Assembly: GCA_963845755.1 (NCBI GenBank)
Contig: CAWJTV010000022.1
Location: 125,642 to 189,641, forward strand
Direction: 5' to 3'
Source of the DNA: an uncultured Planctomycetota bacterium
GTDB taxonomy: Bacteria; Planctomycetota; Planctomycetia; Isosphaerales; Isosphaeraceae
DNA: 64,000 nt
Under the pieces are notes generated by a model. It saw only the letters and a list, made by a program, of their open reading frames with translations, ran no database searches and had not been told where the DNA came from. Shown piece after piece: positions 53,601 to 64,000 of the stretch (positions are counted from its first letter, which is position 1; each line of letters opens with the position of its first letter). Position numbers and translations under genes: made by a program.

Positions 53601-54031
53601 TGTCCGTCCTTATTGGCCCATCGGACCGATCCCCGGCAAGGGTGAAAGGGGATGCGGCTCGATTTCACGTCCCGTCCCGGTCTCGGGCGAGGCGCCCGAC
53701 AGGTCAACCTCCCAGCCGCCCGGCCCGGCTGGTGGCGCGGCGAAGCCGGGCCGGCCGCTCCCGGCGACTGTCGAAGTCGGTGCGTACGGCCGACGGCGGG
53801 CCGGTATGGTGGCCGGGGGCCCGAGGGCCGGCGGGCGGCGGCCGGGACGGACCCGGGACGGGCGGGCCCCGGCCCGCGTCAATCAAAAAGGGCGGGTCCG
53901 ATCCCGACTTCTGGGTCTCGGCCCCGTCGGCCCTCGAGACGCGGGTGGACCGGTAGGGCTTTCAAGCGGGAACCGCCGCCCGGAGTGCCCGTCGGACACC
54001 CGTTTTTCACCCAACTGTCAACAACGCGCTA

Positions 54032-54067
54032 TGTCCCCGTTTTTCACCTGTCCCCGTTTTTCACCTG
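54032..54067. repeat. 17-bp tandem repeat
   Basis: TGTCCCCGTTTTTCACC twice, plus a partial copy at about 54000. Confidence 0.6.
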
Positions 54068-54351
54068 TTTGCTGCAAGTCGGGAGAGCCGTAAGAAGGGC
54101 GGCCGCGGCGTAGTGAATGGGCTCACCTCCGCTATCGGATTCCTCCTCGGTGAGACTCTCAGCCAGGCTCCGTTGCGGCGAATGTACCAACGGCGGGGCG
54201 TGGACGGGCCGTCGTGCTGAACCCGACAACCACTTTTTCGATCTGTCCTGCCCCGAGGTCACTGACTCCAGCGTGCGGCCCCGGTCAGGTCCGCCGCTGT
54301 CTCAAGGGCTACTGTCACACCTTCGAGTCGGTTTCGGGCCCAAGCGGCGAT

Positions 54352-57300
54352 TCACGGGAGCACGCTGGCGAGCCCCTTCAGTGCGTCCAGAAGAGTCGCC
54401 CTGTCTCGACCGGGTTCGAGGGCGTCGAGTAGCTTCGTGAGGTTGCCCCGCCGCGCGACGACGGTGGGATCCGTCAACTCTGCCACAAATGACCGTAGAT
54501 TGGACCAGTTCCAGACGAGCCGGAAGTCGCCCTGCTGCCCCTCAATCAGCGAGACCATCCCTGCCAGTGAGCGTCGCGCTTCGCCGTTCCGCCCACTCGC
54601 TGCGAACTCGAAGACGGCCAATGCACGCAATGAAATCTGTGCCACTGGGTCTTCGCGGAGTCCATCGGCCGTCGCGAGGCGTTCGATCCGCTCGACGCCT
54701 TTGGCAAAGCCCTCCCTGGGTACAAGCATCTGGAGCGTGATGCCTAGGGAGTTCTGAGTCCAGGTCCAGTTTGCCGGCATCGCCGCGCGGGTAGAGACAT
54801 CTAGGGCGCTGCAGTAGGCCGCCACAGCCGCCTCCAGGCTTCTCATTCCCTCCTCTCCGGACTGCCTCCAGCCCAGGCTGAGATCGCGCGGAGCCCAGGC
54901 CGCCCTCCGACATGGCCCAGTTCTGGGGCGACCCCTCGCGGGTGAACACCCGGAGAGCATTCCGTTGCGTCGCCACAGCCGCCTCCAGGGTCCGCACGCC
55001 CTCCTCCCCGGACTGCAGAGCCCCGAGGCTCACCAGCGCCTTACCGAGCGCGTGCTGGGTCATGGCCCAGTGCACCGGAGTCGCCTCGCGGCTCTGGACC
55101 TTCAGCGCGGCACGGTGCGCTGCCACTGCGTCGAACCAGACTCTGCAACCTCTCCTCCCCCGACTGCCACTCGGCTAGTCTCGCCAGCGCGTCGCCCAGT
55201 TGGGACTGGGCCCGACCCCAGTTCAGCGGTGTCGCCGCGGCTGTGTAGACCTCCAGCGCGGCGCGGTACGCTGCCGCGGCCTTCGCCAGGTTCTCCATGC
55301 CAGCCTCTCCGGGCTGCCGCCCGCCGAGGCCTGCAAGGGCATTGCCCAGCGACCACTGGGCCCATGCCCAGTCCTGCGGCATTGACTCGCGGCTGAATAC
55401 CTCCAGCGCGCCGCGATGCGCCGCTGCGGCGTCAGCGAGACTTCGCATCCCCTCCTCGCCCGGCTGCCGAATGCCCAACGACACAAGCGCGGCGCCGAGG
55501 GCGTTCTGGGTCCTGCCCCAATTCAGTGGCACCGCCTGGCGCGTGTACACTTCCACGACACTGCGGTACGTCTCTACTGCGTCGGCCAAGTTTCGCATGC
55601 CTGCCTGCCCCGGCTGTCGACTCCCGAGCCTGGCGAGCGCATAGCCAAGGCTGCTTCGGGTCGCAGCCCAAGGCACCGGGGTCGTCTCGCGGATGATAAC
55701 CTCCAGGCGCCGCGCTCGCCGCCACCGCGTCTGCCAGACTCTGCACCCCCTCTATCCCCAGTTGCCGTTCGCCAAGGTTCGTCAGCGCTTCACCGAGGCT
55801 GTTCTGGGTCAGGGCCCAGCCCACGGGTACCGCTTTGCGGGTGAAGACGTCCAGGGCCCGACGGTAGGCCTCCGCAGCCGCCGCCAGACCTCGTACGCTC
55901 TCGTCCCCTGACTGCCGTACGCCGAGGTCCGCTAGCACGCTTTGCCAAGGCCGCTCTGGGTGGTGGCCCAGCTTACCGGCAGATTGCCTCGAGTGAAGAC
56001 CTCTAGGGCGGCACGGTACGCCGCCACTGCCGTCTTCAGAGTGCCTATGCCCTCTTCCCCCAGTTGCCGCTGCCCAAGCGAGTCGAGCGCGAAGCCAAGG
56101 TCTGACTTGCCCCGTGCCCAATCCAGCGGTTGCGCCTCGCGGGTGAAGACCTCCAGGGCGATGCGTTGCGCGGTCACAGCCGCCTTTAGGTTTAGCAAGC
56201 CGTCACTGCCAAACTGCCCATAGCCGAGCCCCATTTGCGCGACGCTCAGGTTCGACTGAGTCGAGGCCCAGTCCCACGGAAAATCTTCGCGAGTGAAGAC
56301 CTCCAGGGCGCTGCCGAACGCCGCGATGGCTTCCGACAAACTCATCATGCCCGCCTCCGCCCCCTGCCGCGACCCCAGGTTGGCTAGGGCGAAGCCGAGA
56401 TTGGTCTTGCTCTGTGCCCAGGCCTGCGGCAGATCCTGACGTCGATAAACTTCTAGGGCGCTGACGGTGCGCCGCCACCGCCGCCGCCAGGTTACGCATG
56501 CTAACGTCAGATAATTCCTTCACACTCCAGTTCGCCAGCGCGATACCGAGGCCGTTTTGGGCCCACGCCCAGTCCTGCGGCGTTGCGTCCCGGGTAAAGA
56601 TCTCCAGCGCGCTACGGTACGCCGACGCAGCAGCCTCCAGACTTCGCGCACTCTCCTCCCCGGACTGCCGCGCACTCAGACCTATGAGCGCGTTGCCTAG
56701 GTGCCCCTGAGTCGATGCCCACTCTTGTGGCGTCGCGTCCCGCGTGAAAACCGCCAGGGCGTTTCGCTGCGCCGCGACAGCCCCCTCCAGGGCGCGCATG
56801 CCCTCCTCCCCGGATTGCCGCCTGCCTAGGCTCTGGAGCGCGCGGCCCAGACCTAGCTGGCCCCAAGCCCAGCTGCCTGACGTCGCTCCGCGGCTGAAGA
56901 CTTCCAGGGCAGCGCGTTGGGCCTCCACTGCGCCCTTCAGGTTCTCTATGGCTGCATCTCCTGACTGCCGATCGCCCATATGCATAAGCGCACTGCCGAG
57001 CGATTGGTGGGCCCTGGCCCAACCCCGCGGATCCGACGCCTTCGGGATCTTGGCGACCAACTCGCGAGAGCCCTTGATCGCTTCCTGTAGATACCGGCGG
57101 CTGTCCGGTCCGGCAACCAGGGATCCCAGAGACACTTTCATGTTGGCTATCTTGATCTCAAGATTCCGGACGTCGATGATGTAGTCTGGGTAGGACGGTA
57201 TCCCCAATTCGGCGTGGCCCTTTTGGTAGACGCCCAGCTCATCGCGGGCCGCCTCGTAAGCCCGCAGGGCCTGCGCGAAATCACGCGCATTGGAGGAGGA

Positions 57301-58023
57301 GTCACCTCCGAGCGTGCGATCGACGGCGCTCTGGCGGAACCCCTCGGCCCCGCGCCGCTTCTCGGCGTCCGCCGCCCGGCTGAAGTTCTCCGCGGCTAGG
57401 CGGAACTTCTTCTCCGCGAACGCCGCTAGGCCGAGCTTCCGCGGGTCGTCGCTCTCCTTCGCCTCCGCCACCCACCGGCTAATCTGGCCCAGGATCTCCT
57501 CCGGGGGCCGACCGGCCTGCTTCGCCAGCTCGCTGACGTACGACGACAGGTCCGGCGCACCCCCCTTCGAGTCCTTCGGCTTCTTGGCTGAGTCGTCAGC
57601 CGTGTACCGGATGAACTGTTCGATGAAGTTCGGCCCGAGGAGCACCTTCGAACCCTTCGGCGCCATCCAGACCTCGACCACCGGCTCGGGCTTCCCCGGC
57701 GGGGGCGGCGCCGGCACGCGCAGCCTGCTCAACACCGGAAAGAGGATGTAGTAGTCCGGCTGATCTTCCTGGAGGGTCACGTCCTGTCCGGCGAGCGCGC
57801 CAGCGGGAAGCCGGGCACGAAAGTATCCCTGGTCGTCGGTCTCGGCTTTGACTTTGAACTCGACCAGGGTTACCACTACGTGCCTGAGGTACTTGCGATC
57901 GGCTTGGCCATCCTCGACGCTGAACACCAGTCCGCGCAGCTCCGGCCCGGCGCCCTGTGCGGCGGCCGGCACCGGCGTGAGCCCGACCAGCGACAGCGCG
58001 AACCCGAGCAGCGTTCGCCTCAT
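54352..58023 (-). CDS. Secreted protein: Ig-like domain plus about 16 50-aa TPR-like repeats (several frameshifts)
   Basis: Signal peptide MRRTLLGFALSLVGLTPVPAAA; LRGLVF...VVVTL...ETDDQGYFR; repeats LxxAVAAxRxALEVFTRxxxPxxWAxxQxxLGxALxxLGxRQxGEEG across six ORF pieces. Confidence 0.85.
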
Positions 58024-61000
58024 GGTCGGTCCTCCAGGGGGGTTAAGGGCATTAGCTTGATCGGGTACTCGGTCGTGCCCAGACGCGTGTTGGTCGTGCT
58101 GGTGTCGTAGCTGGGCTTCGTTGCAGTTAGGCGGACCTCCTGTGTCGGATTGTCGGACGGGCGGAGGTCCTTGAACCGGAACCGGCCAGCGGAGTCGGTG
58201 GTGTCAGTTGGCGAGCCGCCGTCGCGGTTGTCCCAGTCCTGGATCGTCAGTTTGACGCCAGCCAGCGGCCTATGGGTCTCGGCGTCGGTCACGTAACCCT
58301 CCAGGACCGCCGAGGGTCTCGGGGCCGTCTTCCCGGTCCCGGCGTGCCACGCGAGGTAAGCCGAGCCGGACCCGGCGAGCACGCCGAGGGCCAGCACGGC
58401 GGCGTACAAGCACCAAGGTGCGGATGTGCGCGGACGTGGGATGCGAGGCGCGTCTCTAGCCCTGGGGATCTCTGCCAGGGGCTTGTTCAAGAACGGGATC
58501 CAGTTGTCTTCCATGTGGTCCATGCCGAAATAGTCACCGTGATCGTACTCGAACTCCGCCTGCTCGAGTCTGTCGTGCCTGCACGCGAATCTCGACGCCC
58601 CTGATGGCCCGGTCCCGCGGACGAAGCAGTGCACACGCTTGACCCATGGGTCACGAACCCCGAACTCGTTCCGGACGGCCTGGACCTGGCCACGGTCGAT
58701 CAATTTGTCCCAAGGAAAGTCCGTGGGCAGGATGGAGCCACAGAGGATGACTCTGTTGAAGCGGATGAAATTGAATCGGAGGATCGTATAACCAAGGATG
58801 TAGGTGCCAAAACTGTGGGCTACCACCGAAGGAGTTTGTCCCTCCTCGATCTTGAGGCGCCGATCGTGGATCTCCGCATCGTATTGCCGGCGGAACCAGT
58901 TGAGCTTGGCCTCGCGCGTCCAGGGCGTGAAGAAGGCCAATAGGGAGAAGCGTCCATACGACCAGCGGTCGAGGCGACAGACCCAACCCTCGCTACTGGC
59001 GAGGTCGGAGAGCCCCTTCTGCCACACTGCGAGGGTCCGGATGCCGTGCAAAGGGCAGATCACCTTCAACGGTTGCACGTTCGCCGTATTATTCGTGGCC
59101 TGGACGATGGCCGAGCCGGAAGGGGGGCTCGATGCGGACGGGTCTCGGAGTCTCGGAACAACTGCCAGCGCCGGCTCTCGCTGGCCCACCGAGGTGTCGT
59201 CGGAACCGGATGAGTCGGCTAAGTGCTTGATCGCCTCGCAAACCTTTCGCCAGGCTGTGTCACGTTTCGCCTTCGACATCCCGGCCAAAGGCTTCTCCGG
59301 CGGTAACACGGACTGATAGTCCTTGAGCGGTGTTTCCCTCCACGAACAGTCGCGGATCAACACCCAGACTATCTTCACGCAGCCAGCTGCGGCCTCCCTA
59401 AGAAGCGGTCCGAATTCGTGCTCATCGATGAAGTCGGAATCGAGGAAATCAGAGCTGACAAGCATCACCGCAACTGACGTCCTAGCCAATGCGGCTTTGA
59501 TCTTGTCGAACCACTCCGATCCCGGCTCGATCTGCTTGTCGGACCAGGCCGGAAACGCACCCCTCCGCAGGTAGGGCGTCAGTTGAGTCCGCAGCTCGCT
59601 AAGAAACCGCTCGTCTTTATGGCTGTAACAGATGAAGGCCTGGTCTCTGACCGCTTTCTTGCTCCCATGATCCCGGTCGCAGGAGGTGGCGCCTGCTGTC
59701 GAATTCCGTGGTGGCAACCGCATGATCACCGCGGGAACAGGTGTCTCTTGAGGAATCAGAACGCCGGCCGGATTGGAGTCGGCTCTGGACCGTACGCCAG
59801 CTTGCTCTTGCCACGGTGGACGACTGCATCGATCGGATGCGATCTCTATCATATAGGGGTGCAAATCGCTCCATGCCCTGATTAGCTCCGCGGACTGCTG
59901 CTCTTCGATCCGCGGATAACATTTCCCGATGTGTGGTTCCTTGTTGAGCCGTGACCGGGCAGGCTCAAACCGCTTTCGTCCTTCCTCCGAGGTCATCGTG
60001 GTGACAATCCCACGGCGGCGCGCTTCGTCCGCGAGATCGTCGTAAGGGCAGGGTTTCGATTCATCCCAATCCGCTGAGATCGCGACGGCAGCCTCGTACA
60101 TCGGCCGCTCCAGGTCCTCCCGAACCCATGCCTGGCGCTTTTCCAGAAACACAGATCGCGCGGGATGGGATGGGACAATTCCCTCCCATCCCCATTGGCC
60201 GGCGGTCGCGTCGAATGCCTTCGCGATCGAGCGGAGTGCTCGCCCGATCTTCGTCGGCCACCCGCCGATGTTGTCGATCGCCGGGCGGACTGAGTGCAAC
60301 GCATCGGCCAGGCGCACAAATCGGGGTAGGACTTCCCTCTCCTGTTGAAAGGTCGGCGTTATGCTTGAGTGCATCAGATCGCTGAACCACCAGAGGGCCT
60401 GATGGACCTCAACGAGCTGGTCAATCGACGGGACGCGATCGGAGGCTTTGTTCTCCCCCGTGGCTAGGGGCGTCGCCGTCGAGATCGTGGGCTCGTGTTC
60501 AGCGGCGGGTACGTTGGCAAGTTCCGGTGGCCCCGGTAAATTCCCGCCTTTCCGGTCCTCGAACCAAAGCTCGTGAGGGTCCACTCCGTTGTCCGGAAAC
60601 CATTTGCCGGCCTCGTCCAAAGTCACCTGCCAGTGATCAAGGCGCCCATCCAAGCTTCGCGCAATCCCATGTAGATTCCAATCGCACCGTATCCAGACTG
60701 GCTCGCCGGTCTCGCCGTTGACAGCTCGGATCAATCCTTCGCCGAACGGATTACGGGAGCTTTGACCCCTATTGCGCCCTTCACCGAGGGCGATTGCCGC
60801 TTCGGTTTCAAACCAACCCGTACTGCGGTCGAGACGCTCGTAGAGCGCGTGCTTAGATGCGGGCGGCTTATCTTCGACGGGGTCGACCCCCTCATGGGGA
60901 CGTGCGGCCGTCTTGGGCGTGGCTGACATTTCCTCCGGTTGCCAGTCTTGTGGTGGGATGAGTCCGGCCTCTGCGGCTCGGACAAGAAGATTGTCTTGCC

Positions 61001-61070
61001 AGCCACAGTGTGGGCACTGGCCCAGCACAAGCATCGCGCCGCGACAGCGCGGGCATCGCTTCCAAGGCAT
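58020..61070 (-). CDS. Zn-ribbon - unknown - TIR - alpha/beta hydrolase - TM - Ig-like multidomain protein
   Basis: CPRC..CPHC; AFICYSHKD...WSDKQIEPGSEW...AVMLVSSDFLDSDFIDEHEF (TIR); LHGIRT, AHSFG, ILCGS, RDPW, DHGDYF (hydrolase); TM LYAAVLALGVLAGSGSAYLAW; LEGYVTDAETHRPLAGVKLTI...TTDSAGRFRF...ATKPSY. Intact 1016-aa frame. Confidence 0.88.
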   Translation of the reverse strand: MPWKRCPRCRGAMLVLGQCPHCGWQDNLLVRAAEAGLIPPQDWQPEEMSATPKTAARPHEGVDPVEDKPPASKHALYERLDRSTGWFETEAAIALGEGRNRGQSSRNPFGEGLIRAVNGETGEPVWIRCDWNLHGIARSLDGRLDHWQVTLDEAGKWFPDNGVDPHELWFEDRKGGNLPGPPELANVPAAEHEPTISTATPLATGENKASDRVPSIDQLVEVHQALWWFSDLMHSSITPTFQQEREVLPRFVRLADALHSVRPAIDNIGGWPTKIGRALRSIAKAFDATAGQWGWEGIVPSHPARSVFLEKRQAWVREDLERPMYEAAVAISADWDESKPCPYDDLADEARRRGIVTTMTSEEGRKRFEPARSRLNKEPHIGKCYPRIEEQQSAELIRAWSDLHPYMIEIASDRCSRPPWQEQAGVRSRADSNPAGVLIPQETPVPAVIMRLPPRNSTAGATSCDRDHGSKKAVRDQAFICYSHKDERFLSELRTQLTPYLRRGAFPAWSDKQIEPGSEWFDKIKAALARTSVAVMLVSSDFLDSDFIDEHEFGPLLREAAAGCVKIVWVLIRDCSWRETPLKDYQSVLPPEKPLAGMSKAKRDTAWRKVCEAIKHLADSSGSDDTSVGQREPALAVVPRLRDPSASSPPSGSAIVQATNNTANVQPLKVICPLHGIRTLAVWQKGLSDLASSEGWVCRLDRWSYGRFSLLAFFTPWTREAKLNWFRRQYDAEIHDRRLKIEEGQTPSVVAHSFGTYILGYTILRFNFIRFNRVILCGSILPTDFPWDKLIDRGQVQAVRNEFGVRDPWVKRVHCFVRGTGPSGASRFACRHDRLEQAEFEYDHGDYFGMDHMEDNWIPFLNKPLAEIPRARDAPRIPRPRTSAPWCLYAAVLALGVLAGSGSAYLAWHAGTGKTAPRPSAVLEGYVTDAETHRPLAGVKLTIQDWDNRDGGSPTDTTDSAGRFRFKDLRPSDNPTQEVRLTATKPSYDTSTTNTRLGTTEYPIKLMPLTPLEDRP

Positions 61071-61965
61071 TACCTGTCCCCCATGCACGGAGCTAACCCG
61101 GCGACGGACAGCCTTTGGGGGGAATCGTGGTGCCAGGTCCGCTTGGCCTGGCGGTTCGCCACCGGCCGAGGCTCGCCGCAGTTTCATGATATTCTATCGT
61201 CAGCCTGCCGCAAACTCCCTACCTCATGTTTCACCTGTCGCGACAGGGCGGAGTCCCCTCTTCGGCAAATTGACACCTTTCCCGACGCGGGCGGTACTCG
61301 CCATCAGCGCCTCGCCCGCGCGTGCCGGTACGGGTGGGATCGGCGGGTGGGTCCAAGCCCTCAAGGATGACGGGCCAGTCCCGGAGCCTACTCCAAAGAC
61401 GCTCGATGGACGGACGGAAGAGCCCTTCTGCGGAGACGATGCAGTCGTGTACCTTGACCCGTCTGTGAGCTAGGTCGCTCCTTGTGGTTTTGTCCGATTA
61501 CCGCGAGTACATCGCGAGACCCTGAGATCCCGGCGCGTCTGCCCGAAGACGCTGAGTTCAGCTTCTTCTCGCCTGGATTGCGGTGTTGAGTGTGTAAGGT
61601 TCACGAGGTGCGAAATCGATCGAGAAGGCGTGGCGGATTCAATTCACGACTCCGACGAGGGTAGCTTACATTTGACGACGTCACGCTTCGGCCTGCGAAA
61701 TTCTATCTCACCCAGGGGTTCCCATTCCCGCCCTTGAACGGAGATGGCTGTGAGCCGGCATCGACGCCCTACCAACGCCAAGTCTGGATCGATCCGAGCG
61801 GCGCACGTAAGGCAGCAGAGCGATTGCATCAGCAAGCAAGCGCTCTCGCACGGCGTTTTCACGCACAAGATGGCTTGAAGTGCTGCAAACTGCTGCTACC
61901 GCTAGGTGAAACCGACTTGTGTTCCTACGGTATATCGGCCTAAGTCCTTGCTTCCCTTAGACTTG

Positions 61966-62018
<53 letters not shown>

Positions 62019-62248
62019 GCGATATTAACGCAAAATGTTTGCTCATAATTGATTACGTCCTCGTCCCGAAAGAAAAAGTTTTCCAGGGATTATCAGGATT
62101 TCCCGCGTTTTTCGAGGATTTCACAGGGTTTTGGAGTCGGACTCCAAAACTCGGGGGAAACATGATTTTGAAAGTTGATGGGAGGCGGTTAGCTGGCTGA
62201 CTTCCGCCAGTCGCCGATCTGGCGCGCGTGAGTGTAAGCGTTATGTCG

Positions 62249-62617
62249 CTACTCGTATGGATGCACGGGATTGGCTGCCGACAGAAGCAAATCTGCGTGA
62301 CATGGTTTTCCTTTTTCACACCAGCAGGCTAGGTTCTTGCCGCGAAGCTCAAAGACGCTATCCAATGGATGGCCACCGATCCGCTTGAGGAAGGCATGAT
62401 GGGCCTCGTATGCTCGATTGCACGCCGTGTCATGCCCCTTCATGTTCGATGGGTTCCATACTCCACGAAGCGTGTTGTGGAGTAGCTGAATGGATATCGC
62501 CAGCCCGAAAAACTCAGCCTCAAATGGGTTCCCCCAGCGGGTTCCCCGTGTGACGCAGACGGTATTCTCCGGCATCCTCCAGCCCTTGGTACGCTTGCGT
62601 TGAATCCTAACTGGCAT
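62249..62617 (-). CDS. DUF4326 domain protein (phage-associated)
   Basis: MPVRIQRKRTKGWRMPENTVCVTRGTRWGNPF...LRGKNLACWC...PCHADLLL. Confidence 0.88.
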   Translation of the reverse strand: MPVRIQRKRTKGWRMPENTVCVTRGTRWGNPFEAEFFGLAISIQLLHNTLRGVWNPSNMKGHDTACNRAYEAHHAFLKRIGGHPLDSVFELRGKNLACWCEKGKPCHADLLLSAANPVHPYE

Positions 62618-62750
62618 CCGATACCCCATTCTGGTGAGCAGGCCGGCTCGGGAGTCGCGCCTGCTTCGGCCCTTCCGTGCGGACCCCAAGATCTTCGCAA
62701 ACCGCGCGTCTCTGAGGTAAGATCCAACGAAACCTACCGGAGATCGATCT

Positions 62751-63068
62751 ATGCGCGTTCCGAAGTTCCGTCTCCGAACCTTGATGATCGCAGTAGCGGT
62801 TCTGGGAATCGCGTTCGGGAGTCTTGCAGGTCTTCTGCGAATGGGCCAGCGGACGCAAAGATTCCGCGCAGTGGCGCGGGAGCACCGACAGCGGGAGATA
62901 GTCAACCGCCTCACCGTGCAGGGATTGGTGATGCAAGGGGCGGCGAGTCCTGGCATCGAAAGGCATCGCGTGCTCACCGACTTCCACAAAGCACTCAATC
63001 TGAAATACGAATACGCAGCCAGCCACCCGTGGCTTCCGGTTTCGTCAGACCCACCCGAACCCAGGTGA
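62751..63068 (+). CDS. Planctomycete-type small membrane protein
   Basis: FRLRTLMIAVAVLGI leader and KYEYAASHPWLPVSSDPPEP tail. Confidence 0.75.
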   Translation: MRVPKFRLRTLMIAVAVLGIAFGSLAGLLRMGQRTQRFRAVAREHRQREIVNRLTVQGLVMQGAASPGIERHRVLTDFHKALNLKYEYAASHPWLPVSSDPPEPR

Positions 63069-63285
63069 AAAACGACTGCCATGTCTTAATTCCGATGGCA
63101 CTGGCTGCGCCGATCTCCGGCCTCCGGATCGTCAGGCGATCGCTCATACCGTCTCCCAATGACGCCTTGGCTCCAAGCCGGGGTTTTTTATTGCGCCATG
63201 AAATAAATAATTCTTGAATGTTATTGCAATCTGCAATAGCCTCCATCTGTACGGGCGATGAAGCCCGGCAGGATCAGGAGGTCCC

Positions 63286-63669
63286 ATGAAATTAACGGTC
63301 AAAAGAGAAGTTGAAGCGAAATATATCGACCTCGCCCTAGCGGTTCGGTACGACGATGAAGATTTGGCCTATGACGCCCCGTTGCGTGATGGCAACTCAT
63401 GGAAGGCTCTAATCAATCTGGACGAGGGCTGCATTGAGAACTGGCCGGTGGGGAAGCGCCTGTCCTTCCATGATATGAAGGTGTGTGATGAAGGCATCTA
63501 CATCCTGCTCGATGCCGACAGGAAAGAGATAACTCGCAGAAATGGCTATGCCCCAAATAGGCTGCTTCCCGGCAATTACGGCGACTATCTGAGCCTCGAC
63601 GTAGATGAAAATGGCAAGATAACCAACTGGTTGAAATCGCCATCGCTAGAGGACTTCGAAGACGAGTGA
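63286..63669 (+). CDS. Phage-like hypothetical protein
   Basis: AGGAGG RBS; acidic 127-aa ORF (KVCDEGIY, YGDYLSL..DENGKITNW). Confidence 0.75.
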   Translation: MKLTVKREVEAKYIDLALAVRYDDEDLAYDAPLRDGNSWKALINLDEGCIENWPVGKRLSFHDMKVCDEGIYILLDADRKEITRRNGYAPNRLLPGNYGDYLSLDVDENGKITNWLKSPSLEDFEDE

Positions 63670-63881
63670 CTCCCGCCGCCCTGCGGGCCATCTGCGCTAC
63701 GCTCAACGACGAGCGCGGCACGGGCGGGCAAACCAAGCTCGCCCATCTCCTCGGCTGGCACCACAGCACCGTCTGGCGGAAGCTCAACGGCAAGTCGCCG
63801 ATCACCCAGGCCGATGCACTGGCGATCAGTCAAGCCTTGGTTTTGGAGTCACGGCAAAAAGCCTGCCCGGCAAGGACTTAG
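63666..63881 (+). CDS. Cro/Xre-like HTH protein
   Basis: GGQTKLAHLLGWHHSTVWRKLNGKSPI; GTGA overlap with the upstream gene. Confidence 0.75.
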   Translation: MTPAALRAICATLNDERGTGGQTKLAHLLGWHHSTVWRKLNGKSPITQADALAISQALVLESRQKACPART

Positions 63882-63980
63882 GTACGGTTCTTGGCGGGTT
63901 TTGGGGTCGCAACGGACGAAGATATTTAGGTAACAACGCCCGTCTATCGATGTAAATCAATGTGATGTAATAAGTTGCAA

Positions 63981-64000
63981 AGTGGAGGATAGGGGATTTG
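63981..64000 (-). tRNA. 3' end of tRNA-Ala (intact gene or another att copy; cut by the window edge)
   Basis: AGTGGAGGATAGGGGATTTG matches the start of the att repeat with one T-loop difference. Confidence 0.6.

Noticed and set aside
61730..61900. Possible integrase C-terminal relic (SRHRRPT...ARKAAERL) next to the att
   Set aside because: Similarity is too weak and needs a frameshift; blastx would be required.

Overview
GC-rich bacterial DNA, most likely a planctomycete of Isosphaeraceae type (inferred from two DUF1559/H-X9-DG prepilin-like genes, DUF1573 genes and lineage-typical small proteins). Many conserved genes carry single-base frameshifts, which looks like uncorrected long-read indels rather than real decay. 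The left 40 kb is mostly core or semi-core: a glycosyltransferase cluster; a minus-strand module of three DUF1573 genes, a 14-Cys secreted peptide, an anchored exported protein and a DUF1559 prepilin, interrupted by a decayed IS5 and a nested MITE; a GT87; two TIM-barrel sugar isomerases; hopanoid genes (shc, hpnH, hpnG-like); BON and transglutaminase proteins; holA; a TetR-ABC-HlyD exporter; a double cyclase; and AlgI/AlgX-like O-acetylation genes. The right 24 kb (about 39.9-64 kb) is a tandem array of at least three islands at tRNA-Ala(GGC). Evidence: identical 53-bp att copies at 49204 and 61966, another copy starting at the window end, a cryptic homologous end at about 39.9 kb, and an integrase relic. 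The islands carry candidate conflict or signalling systems: (i) a Zn-ribbon/TIR/alpha-beta-hydrolase/TM/Ig-like protein coupled to a secreted protein with about 16 hypervariable 50-aa TPR-like repeats (Toll-like-receptor-like logic); (ii) a HEPN-motif/TM/DUF4384 protein coupled to a secreted TPR-CHAT (caspase-like) protease; (iii) a DUF4365 two-gene module; (iv) a 2-kb phage-like mini-island. All family calls come from motif recognition by eye; no searches were run.
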